From the NCBI RefSeq assembly GCF_963921235.1, contig NC_086097.1:137208001-137272000 (forward strand): a stretch of DNA of 64,000 nt, written 5' to 3'. The notes under the pieces are model-generated. The model made no database searches, was not told the origin of the DNA, and worked only from the letters and a program-made list of their open reading frames with translations. Shown here piece by piece: positions 36,101 to 46,021 of the stretch. The first letter of the stretch is position 1; every line of letters begins with the position of its first letter. Source of the DNA: Mobula hypostoma (Eukaryota). The position numbers and the translations under genes were made by a program.

Positions 36101-39100
36101 GGCAGGGTGCTCTATCAGAGAAAGGTCTAGCATTTGTAAATACTTTCACTACTATGACATCTCAATGGGAGCAGTCTTTTTAAATGTCTTGACTGGATAA
36201 AGTTATTACACAGGACAAGACACATTTATGTCTTATGGAGATTCTTGCTTAGGGTGTGCCATTTTGAAAACCAAGTTGCTTATAGACATGGCCCATCGTA
36301 TCCCAGAAGCTCATGCAGCCAACAATAATGCATGGTTACAACATGGATATTATTGACAAGCATACAGTTAGCTAAATGGGACAGCCTTCATCACCAGTGG
36401 ATCTGCTTGAGGGTCAAGTTAGCAATGAATACAAACTACAATGCAAGGGAGAGTCTCGGTGATCTTCTTTATTATGCTGCTTTGGGATCTTTTATGTTTG
36501 TGAGAGGAGCTCGAACCTCTGTTAAACATTATATCCAAAGGATATTACTGTATGTACAAATATTGTAGCATTTCCCTTGTACCACAATTTAAGTTATGTG
36601 TGCAAGTCCCAGGAGTGTGGCTTGAAGTTAGGACCCCTTTTCTCAGATGAAGCAAAGCTTCCAACTTTTCCTTGTGCTATTTATAAAGAGCTACCTAACA
36701 GCTAGACAAACTGCTCCCCTATGCTAATGTGGCTCGATGCCAAATTTTGTTTGTTTGCACATCTCGGAGCACTACAGAAACACTTTGCATTATCACCATA
36801 TAATTGCAATTTGTCATTGTCTCCGCCCAACATTATTAATGCTCGTCTGTTTTCTCACCCAAATCCCTTGGCAGAGACGTATTTGGAAACAATTAAATCG
36901 ACCTCTCACTATAAAGACGAAAGGTACCCTGGATCTGGGTGGGGCTTCGACAGAAATAGCATTTGTCCCCGAGATGCGTTCACACAAGTACGAGATTACA
37001 GAAATCACACTGTATAACAACAAATATGATGTCTACATTGAAAGCCTGGGCTGTTATGGACGAGATGAAGCTGAGAACATTTATTGGGCAAATCTCATTC
37101 AGGTAAAACCGCTAAGAGTTCAGACTAGCTGCAAGTGTTTTTCAGTGTTTCAACACCATTAAAGGCTCACACATCTTAAACATCTTTCAACACAGTAGGA
37201 CATTCTAAATGTTTCATAGATAAGTTTGAAAGTTTGATTGTGACGTAGAGAGCAAGCACCTGTAATAGCAATCTGATAGTGACCAGATCAGGACTCTTCA
37301 TCAGTACGCATTAATATTAAAAATTGGTCATGAAGAGCTCACTCACACTTTCAAAATTGTGAAGGAATCTTTTTTGCTCACCAGAGAAGGCAGACCTTAC
37401 TTTAACAGCACCAGTTCTGGAGTCAAAGTCAAATTGATGGTCATAGGCACATGTGCAATGAAAAACTTACCTGCAGCAGCATTATGGGCACATTGCATCA
37501 TATACACAGCAGTCACAAGAAAAATAAAAATTATACATGATTTTTAAAAGAAAGAACAAAATTAGAACAAAAAGGGTCTACTTTAGTGCAAAGTGATCAA
37601 AGTGGTCACAATGTTGCTAAACTGAGATGAGTAGGGTTGTACTAGTTGGTCCAAGAACTGGACGTTTGAAAGGATGAAGCTGCTATTGAACCTAGTTTAG
37701 TGCGACTTCAGGCTTCTGTACCTCAAGCGTGGAGGTATCTACATCCATTCTGTCAATGTATCTTGGCGGGGTGGATAAGTAGAGAATTTAGAACAGCAGG
37801 TCACTTTGAGAATGAAGGGTCACCCATTTAATGCACATAGGACCATTTACTTTCCCTCAGTATTGACAGTTAAGTACTGTTAGGGCAGAAATGGACAGAT
37901 AGTTGATAAGCAAGCTGGTGAAAGGTCACTGTGGGTAGACAGAAATGCAGAGATTATTTTTGCATAGGAATCTGATCATTTGCAGCACAGCCTGATATGG
38001 AAGCTCTAAAGCATGGGATCACAAGAGGCTGCAGAAGGCACAGATTGTGATAGATGGATGCCCTCTTCTCGTTACTATCATTGGGGAGGTGTATCAGGAA
38101 TCTGAAGACCCATACTGAATGAATCAGAAACGGCTTATTCCCCTCAGCCATCAGATTTCTGAATGGTTGATGAGCCCATGAGCACAACCATGTTATTCTT
38201 TATTTTTGCACAATTTATTTTTGTAGTTTATGGTAATTTTATGTCCTTGCACTGTACTGCTGCAGCAAAATGTAATACAAGTCAGCGATATCAAATCTGA
38301 TCCTAATCAAATGAAATGGCAGAACAGACTCACGGGGCTGAATAACTGTTGCTAATTTTGTTTTCACTTTTTTGTGTCTATGTGTTCACTCAATCTCTTA
38401 AAGTGCTATAAAATACAAGTTCTTTGTTTTATTTTTATAAGATCTATAACTGCTTAAACATGTACATATTTTCACATACTTATGTTTCATAAACTCAGAA
38501 ATCTGCCAATAAATCATCCGTTGAAGATCCTTGCCTTCCCTCACACTACACCATGATGCTCCCAATGGAGGAAGTCCTTGGAAGTTCATGCATTGGAGCG
38601 AAGTTACGAGAGGGCTATAATCCTGACAATAATATCACTCTCATTGGGACTGGAGATCCTATTCAGTGCTGCCGGCAGTTGTTATCAATATTTAACTTTA
38701 AATCTTCCTACGTTAAGGGCGTCTGGAGAGAGCGTCTTGTTCCAATCAATCAACTGATACAAGGCAAATTTGTGGTAGGTTACTAGCTAAATGGAACGTC
38801 ACAACTTGATTTCCTCATATTGTTCAAGTCATGAATTTATTTCTCCTTATCTAGGCCTTTTCTGGTTTCTATGATACAATGGAAGCCTTGAACTTAACTG
38901 GATCATTTCCCATAGATGTCTTCCATTCAACAGTCCAGTCTTTCTGTAGGAAAAACTGGAATCAAGTAAGTGACGTAATTCAAAACTGTTTCTTGTTCAC
39001 TTAAATCGGCAGAGCGCCTTAAATCCATGGTGGCTGTGAGCTTGTCTGCTTTGGTATCACTGAGAGAGATCATTCTTAACACCTTTACTGGGTAGACTTA

Positions 39101-42100
39101 TTACACAGGAGAAGCACATGTCAGGTGCTGAGTGTTGCTTAAGGTGTGCCTATTTGAAAAGCAGACAGGCATGGCCCATGACACACTGCTTATGTAAATC
39201 ACTTCTGAAGTACTGCATTTTAGAGATGGGGTACGCATCTAACAAATCAAATATAAATTGACAGTGATAGATGTAATATAAAAGCACTTCATGACCATTA
39301 GCCTACATATAAACTAAAATATCTATCTTGCAGGTCCAACAATTACTGCCAAATGTGCCAGACCTGTATCGCAAAGCATTTTGTTTCAATGCCTATTACA
39401 TCTTTGTTCTACTAATGGAGGGTTACAAGTTTAATGAACAGACTTGGACCAATATTAATTTTCAGAAACAGGCAAGTACAAAAAAACATTGATTTTACAG
39501 CTCCATTGATGTTATGTGCTTTTTGTGATGTATTTGATAGGACTTAGATTTTAATTCCTACAAATCCTAACCCTGATGAAAGGGGAGGGAAATATCTTCA
39601 CTCACCATCAGGGCATGTTACTGAGACACTTTGGAAGGAAGATTCATCTCACTGTTTCAATGAGCTTATTGAATGGAATAATATCAAGAGTGAAATGGTT
39701 CACTGCACACAGCAGCACCTGTAGCATATTCAATTAATTTTGCAGATGTGTTGAGGTGTGTGGGATTTTCTCTTCCTTCATTCACCAGAGTTCGAAGATC
39801 TATTGGCATAACTGAAATGAATTTGTTTATTTTAATCTGTGCACTCTTGAAGATGTATAATAAAACTTCTAGTCCAGGATTTGAGTGCCAAATTTATATT
39901 TTCTGAACAATTGACAATGGAAAATGGAAAAATACGTAGAACTGGTTTAGTTGTGCAACGAGAGAGTGCAGAATTGAAATCAGGTTTAATATCGCCAGCA
40001 TATGTCATGAAATTTGTTGTTTTGAGGCAGCAGTACATTGCAACATATATTCACAAAACTATAAATTATAATAAAAGTATATATAAAATAATTAAATAGG
40101 TAGCACAAAAAGAGAGGGAAAAGAAATAGAGGAAGTGTTCATGGGTTCGTTGACCATTCAGAAATCTGACGATAGAGGGGAAGAAGCTGTTCCTGAAACA
40201 TTCAGTACGTGCCTTCAGGCTCCTGATGGTAGCAATGAGAAGGGGGCATTCCTGGGCGATGAAGGTCCTTAATGCTGGATGCCGCCTTTTTCAGGCATTG
40301 CCTTTTGAAGGTATTTTGGAAGCTGGGGAGACAGGTGCCCATGATGGAGCTGGCAGAGTTTACAACTTTCTGTCGATTTTCCCAGCCCTGCACAGTGGCA
40401 CCTCCATACCAGAAGATATGATGCTGGAAGTCTAGAGCAGTGGTTCCCAAATTTTTTTGGTTACTGCCCCCTTGGCTCCCAGACCACATCCCCGTGAACC
40501 ACTCTCCCTTTCTGGCCATTACATAAACACTATCAAGAGTTTTGATTTACAATGCACAGCGAAAGAAAATAGGAACTGCAAATTCAGAGCAGTGACAAAT
40601 TGTTGCAAAACATATTCAGATCTATTTAAAGGTAAAAATTATTTCTTTATAATTACAATAAGAACAATTTTCATCCACAATTTTATAGAGTACATCAGTA
40701 GTCCAACTATTCACTACTTCATTGCCTTTCCACCTTTCAGTGAGATGGTGGGCTTGGTGCAGTGATATCAACTTCTCAACATCAAGCTGAATATCACTAA
40801 GAAGGGGTCTTAGATCCCCATGTTCAGTAACTTGCAGTACGTTTCGTTGATTTGAAAGAAGTTGGGTGACTTCACTGAAACCATGGTCCACTAAATATGG
40901 GAAAGGCAATAAAGAACATCTTGACCTTTTTCCACAGTGCAGGTTAGCAGAGATTCTGCCACCAAAAGTCTTAATATGACCTTTTGAATCTCAGCCTCGG
41001 CTCAAAGTAATTTTGTATCAAGATCAGTACTTCCTTTTCCATGGTTTCATCTTAGGTGAACAAAACCAAAAAGTAAAGATTTGCTGCCTAGCAAAGTGAT
41101 GCATCCAATTGCAGAGCAGATACTGTTCTCCTAGAGATGTTGCACAATGTGTCTTCCACATTTTCAGAGATTTCATCTATTCATCTTTGAAAAGAGCTGT
41201 TACTGAGTGGAATCATTTTAATTATTTGGTCTGGTGACTTACGCAAAACTGTACTCAGAATCTCCTTTACTGCTGGCAGAATCATTTCTTCTCCAATCAT
41301 ATGTGGCTTTCCTGATGTAACAATGAGCAATGGAAGGTTGTATGAAGCACACAAACTGTTTCATTTTGAAGTGCTGGCAAACATGTTTTGAAGTGTACCG
41401 GAAATAAGCCAAGTTCTTGTTTGCTTTATCAGAGGGTATCCTTTTCAAATGTTGAAGGAGCCTTCAAATGTCGTCAAGACCATTTGAAAGGGCAGATTTT
41501 GAACTTTACCCCTTTGAACGCCCTACCCTAATTAACAGGAATTGTATCACTTCATGATGAAAGCCATACGAGCTTCGCTGCATGACGAGTATGGGAATAG
41601 TACTAGCTAACACTGTACTGTAATAGTGAAAAGGCTCAGAAATAGAACAACTTCTTCAGTCCAGATTTGCCATCATGTGCGAAGTATAGAACTTTGATCA
41701 AAGTCGAAGAGAATAGTGCGTTAGCAAGAGATGAGGTGATTATGTGATCATTGTAATCAATTATGAGGCACAGATCAAATCCCTCAGTTGTCCCCCCTTA
41801 CTCCCAAGTGTCTACCCCCAACCCCTCATTATCTTTATCACCCTCTTATGAAGTCCCACCACTTCTGGGAGGGGCGATATCACCCACTTAGGGAACCACT
41901 GGTCTAGAGCAACACAAAGGTGCTGGTCAGGTAGTATCTAAGGAGGAAAATGGAAAGTCAATATTTTGGGTTGAGATCCTTCATCTGGACAAGGGAGAGG
42001 CAACTGGTATGATAAGGTGGCGGTGGGGGGGGGGGGAGAGACAGTGAAGCAAGAGCTGGAATGTGATATATAAATCCATGTGATGGGGGGTGGTGGTGAT

Positions 42101-45100
42101 AGGTAAGTGAGAAAGGGAGAGCACAAGAATGGGAATGATGTCAGAATCTGGAGGTAATAGGTGGAAGTGATAAAGGCTGAAAATGAAATCTGGTAGGAGT
42201 GTTCAGTGGAACGTGGAAGAAAGAGAAGGAGGTGGGGAAGGTAACCAGTGGGTGATGGGCAGATGGAGAGAGTAATGGAAGGGGAAAAAGGGGAGAAGGA
42301 AGCAGTTACCAGAACTCTGAGAATTCAGTGTTCTTGCCATCAGGTTGGAGGTCACCCAGAGGGAATATGAGGTGCTGTTTCTCTAATTTGCATTTAGCCT
42401 TGACCTGGCAGTGGAGGCTGAGGGCAGAGGTTGGTGCAAGAAAGGAAAGAAGCAAGGGTACCCAACCTGTGTCTGGTCTTATCAACGTAGAGAAGTGGGA
42501 GCAATAAATAACAACAGATTAACATGTGAAAGACTGCCTCACCTGGAAGGGCTGGTGGTGGTAAGGGAGGCGGTGTAGGGGCAGATGTAACACTTTGTTT
42601 CACTACAGGGATGCGTATCTGGAGAAAGGGAATTGGTGGAGGGATGAGGGGATCATTCTCTCCATGATTCTGAGAGACAGAGACAAAGACAGAGAGAGAG
42701 ATAATGATGTGTCTGACGATGGAATCCTGTAGGAGATGGCGGAAGTTATAAATAATTTCTGTTTAGCAGAGACTGCAGCTGCTGGAAAATCTGGAACGTG
42801 CAAAGGCACTGGAAAAGCTCAGCAGTTCATCCAGGCAAATAACCTCTTCCTCAATGTCAAAAAGATGAAAGGAGATGGTTATTGACTTCAGAAGAACTCA
42901 CACCCCTCTTACATCAGCAGCAAAGCAGTGGAAACCTCGAGCAGTTTTCAGTTCCTAGGAGTGCACATCTCGCTCAACCTATGCAATCAAGAAAACTCAT
43001 TAATAATGTTCTGTGTCTATCCACAGATTCTCAGTGATGTTTGAGTCAGGGGACTGTGAGGGCCATGGCAAAACCTTCAGCCCTTGATGTAGCCCATTGC
43101 GGATTTTGAGGCGTGTTTAGGTTCATTATCCTGTTGTAGAAGCCATCCTCTTTTTTTTTCCCTTCGGTATTTTTACAGATGGTGTGATGTTTGCTTCCAG
43201 AATTTGCTGGTATTTAATTGAATTCATTCTTCCCTCAAGCAGTGAATATTCCCCGTGCGACTGGCTGCAACACAAGCCCAAAGCATGATCGATCCACCCC
43301 CGTGCTTAACAGTTGGAGAGGGGTTCTTTTCATGAAATTCTGCACCCTTTTTCTCCAAACATACCTATGCTCATTGCTGCCAAAATGTTATATTTTAACT
43401 TCATCAATCCATAGGATTTGTTTCCCAAATGCATCAGGCTTGTTTAGATGTTCCTTTCAACATTTTGAATAGAACTTTTTGACTTCAATGAACAAAGGTA
43501 TGTTTGGAGAGAAAAAAAAAGAACCCCTCTCCAACTGTTAAGCACGGGGGTGGATCGATCATGCTTTGGGCTTGTGTTGTAGCCAGTGGCATGGGGAACA
43601 TTTACTAGTAGAGGGAAGAATGAATTCAATTAAATACCAGCAAATTCTGGAAGCAAACATCACACTATCTGTAAAAAAGCCAAAGATGAAAAGACGATGG
43701 CTTCTACAACAGGACAATGAACCTAAGCACACCTCAAAATCCAAAATGGACTACCTCAAGAGGCGCAAACTGAAGGTTTTGCCATGGCCCTCACAGTCCC
43801 CTGACCTAAACATCATTGAGAATCTGTGGATAGACCTCATAAGAGCACTGCATTCAAGATGGCTCAAGAATCTCACAGAACTAGAAGCCTTTTGCAAAGA
43901 AGAATGGGTGAAAATCCCCCAAACAAGAACTGAAAGACTCTTAGTTGGCTACAAAGAGCATTTACAAGCTGTGATGCTGCCGAAGGGGGTGTGACTAAGT
44001 ACTGCCATGCAGGGTGCCTAAACTTTTCCTTCGGGCCCTTTTCCTTTTTTGTTATTTTGAAACTGTAAAAGATGGAAATAAAATAAGTTTTCTTGATTAA
44101 AATATTAAAGAAATGTGTCGTCTTTAACTTTATGACTTTTGGAAATCAGTGCATCTTTTACTCGCTTAGCTATTCACAGTAACAGAAATTTTGACCGGGG
44201 TTCCCAAACCTTTGCACGCCACTGTATACAGATAGGTGTTGGAAAAAGGCCAGCTATCATAAAGGACTCCACCCACTCTGATCAGGGACAAGGCTACATA
44301 GCATCCACGCTAGGACTAGACTTTCCCCAAGCAGTAAGGTTGATTAACACATCCACCTACTAACCTACCCCACTATTTTATCATCAGTCACCTTATGCAG
44401 AGGCAGTTATACCTTTACTTTATGTGCATAAAATCAATGCATATATAATGTATTTATATTTATCATTTTTAAAATTGTGTTCTTTAGTGTGTTTTTAAAG
44501 GCTGCATCGGATCCAGACTAACAATTATTTGTTTGCCTTTAGACTTATTTATTGAATAATCTTGAACCTATGGATAGTTGTTTAGCTATAGGAGGTTAGA
44601 TAAGATATCAACTCGATGCTCTTTTCCTTCCCTAGTCGTAATAGCTGTAAATCCAGTTAACTTGATAGATTGGCAGAAGTTGTATATTAGCTGACTAAAA
44701 TGCAGAAGTTAGCTCATTACAATGGAAGTGGTTGTAAAAGGTAACTAGTAGATATCAGTAAATGACCCCCTGGTCAGCAAGCATCAGATTTTGTAGCAGG
44801 TAGTTATTACATAGCACCAAAAAAAATATTTCAAGTTAATTTAAAAAGTTTCTAAACTGGTAGGTAGAAACCAACGTACTGGCACTATGGTTGAACTTCA
44901 ATTTTTTAAGCAGACACATTGATATCCTTTCACACAATCTGAAATCTACACCTAAGAATTCTGCAATGAATGATCTAATCAATGGTGAGTTTAGTTTGTA
45001 CAGTATTTCTTCAGAAACTGGAGGTTTATAGGGCTGTTGGAAATTACAATGAAAATTTTAAAAAACTTGAAGGCCACTAAGAGATCTTAACTTGGGCTCC

Positions 45101-46021
45101 AAGATTTCTGCTCTCTTTCAAGTCTCTCTTATGGATCATACTGAAGCCCATAATCTCCAGTTGCCCGTAAACCTTTGCTTCCTTAGACTAAGTTATCTGT
45201 CCTAACATCTCAAATGACTTGGGGCCAAATTTAATTTGTAACAGTTCTCTGAAACATCATGGAAGAAAATGCCCTTAATGCCCATACTATTACAAGTTGC
45301 TCCATCGGGCAGAAGACACAACTTGAAAACACCTACCACCAAACTCAGATAGTACATGCTGTTATGACTCTTATCGCCCCTTAGTACAATAAGATAGACG
45401 CTTGACCTCACAATCCACCTTGAAGCTTACTGTCTACAATAGGTTCTGTAACTCTCGACACTGTTGTGCAGTTGTTTTTCTTGTGTAAACAAATACACAT
45501 GGATGACATGCATAACAGTTTTTCACTGTACTTCATACGTAATAAAGCAATTCATCCGAAGCTAGAGCAGGTGCATGTGGAACCGGTGAATGAAATGACA
45601 TTATAAATCATGAATAATCTTAAGAATAGTTTATTGAGGATGGTGTGTATTATAAAGAAGTTGGAAGCCACCAGGTAATATCACATATAGCTGCTCTGTG
45701 ACGATTCAATCTAGAGATAAAAGTGACACTATGAATATCAATGTAGTCTTCTGAAACCTTGGGGCGCTACAGAAATGAAACTTGTATTCTTATCACCCAC
45801 TGATACACTTTCCTATGTTGCAGGTGGAAAACAACAGCATAGGCTGGTCACTTGGTTATATGTTGAACCTTACCAACATGATCCCTGCAGAAAATCAAGT
45901 GAGCCGAACACCAATGAGTGAAAGTGCATTCAGCGGACTCTTGCTTCTGTTTATAGTTCTGGCCCTATTCTGTTCCTTTTTCATTTGTATTTCAGTCATA
46001 CGATCAATTCCATTCATATGA
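30043..46021 (+). CDS. ENTPD3: Divergent ENTPD3-like ecto-nucleoside triphosphate diphosphohydrolase (GDA1/CD39 family), 9 coding exons: 30043-30159, 31331-31448, 32238-32388, 34754-34913, 36875-37102, 38499-38774, 38855-38965, 39334-39471, 45824-46021; 1497 nt, 498 aa
   Basis: Exons join in frame with AG acceptors and GT donors (one GC donor). All five apyrase conserved regions and both N- and C-terminal TM helices are present. ENTPD3-like segments include YNPDNNITLIGTGDP, AFSGFYDTMEALNLTGSF and GWSLGYMLNLTNMIPAE. Adjacent to RPL14, as ENTPD3 is in human. Ortholog versus paralog status is unresolved. Confidence 0.9.
31331..31448 (+). CDS. ENTPD3: NTPDase coding exon 2 (ACR1)
   Basis: ttttcaag|[39 protein letters not shown](G)|gtgcgg, 118 nt. 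Confidence 0.93.
32238..32388 (+). CDS. ENTPD3: NTPDase coding exon 3 (ACR2)
   Basis: ttatcag|SAISDFDHNPAEAASSLEQCLNKTIEEIPAEKHNATPLYFGASAGMRLL(R)|gtaaga, 151 nt. Confidence 0.93.
33064..34039 (-). mobile_element. Penelope-like element: GIY-YIG endonuclease fragment, pLTR and inverted tail
   Basis: PPGTYPCKRKECYTC...FTCESAGVIHCVRCSRCGLLYI / RLGDRFAEHL...VATHFN...LRLEEQHLIFHLGSLQPDGMN; 14-bp TSD AACATTAGCTACTT. Confidence 0.88.
33115..33152 (-). ncRNA. Minimal type I hammerhead ribozyme motif in PLE
   Basis: tagtc-CTGACGA-agggtctcggcct-GAAA-c-GTC-gactg. Confidence 0.7.
34754..34913 (+). CDS. ENTPD3: NTPDase coding exon 4 (ACR3, catalytic Glu)
   Basis: ctgtcag|[53 protein letters not shown]|gtttgt, 160 nt. 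Confidence 0.93.
35003..35863. mobile_element. Penelope-like insertion with inverted pLTR pair
   Basis: 35003-~35550 is minus and ~35550-35863 is plus, forming long inverted arms; 13-bp TSD GAGAAGCAGAGTC. Confidence 0.85.
35731..35768 (+). ncRNA. Minimal type I hammerhead ribozyme motif, intact core
   Basis: cagtc-CTGATGA-agggttccagccc-GAAA-c-GTC-gactg. Confidence 0.72.
36875..37102 (+). CDS. ENTPD3: NTPDase coding exon 5 (ACR4)
   Basis: ttggcag|RRIWKQLNRPLTIKTKGTLDLGGASTEIAFVP...ESLGCYGRDEAENIYWANLIQ|gtaaaa, 228 nt. Confidence 0.92.
38499..38774 (+). CDS. ENTPD3: NTPDase coding exon 6
   Basis: aactcag|KSANKSSVEDPCLPSHYT...SSC...YNPDNNITLIGTGDPIQCCRQLLSIFNFK...QGKFV|gtaggt, 276 nt. Confidence 0.88.
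38855..38965 (+). CDS. ENTPD3: NTPDase coding exon 7 (missed by ORF track)
   Basis: 80-nt intron, then tatctag|AFSGFYDTMEALNLTGSFPIDVFHSTVQSFCRKNWNQ|gtaagt, 111 nt. Confidence 0.92.
39334..39471 (+). CDS. ENTPD3: NTPDase coding exon 8 (missed by ORF track), GC donor
   Basis: cttgcag|VQQLLPNVPDLYRKAFCFNAYYIFVLLMEGYKFNEQTWTNINFQKQ|gcaagt, 138 nt. Confidence 0.9.
40438..41901 (-). mobile_element. hAT-Charlie/Buster DNA transposon, internally deleted and degraded transposase
   Basis: TIRs CAGTGGTTCCC / GGGAACCACTG; 8-bp TSD GTCTAGAG; minus-strand remnant FPYLVDHGFSEVTQLLSNQRNVLQVTEHGDLR...DVEKLISLHQAH. Confidence 0.9.
41915..42830 (-). mobile_element. Older degraded Penelope-like element
   Basis: Collinear with 33064-34039 (purine-rich pLTR, degenerate hammerhead, GIY-YIG remnant). 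Confidence 0.6.
43010..44224. mobile_element. Tc1-like transposon remnant with fold-back rearrangement
   Basis: Plus arm encodes LQQDNEPKHTSK...WPSQSPDLNIIENLW (DD34E region) and ends ...CACTG|TA; 43010-43465 is an inverted copy of the same region. Confidence 0.85.
45824..46021 (+). CDS. ENTPD3: NTPDase last coding exon (ACR5 and C-terminal TM helix)
   Basis: gttgcag|VENNSIGWSLGYMLNLTNMIPAENQVSRTPMSESAFSGLLLLFIVLALFCSFFICISVIRSIPFI-TGA. Confidence 0.93.
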   Translation: MENNSIGWSLGYMLNLTNMIPAENQVSRTPMSESAFSGLLLLFIVLALFCSFFICISVIRSIPFI

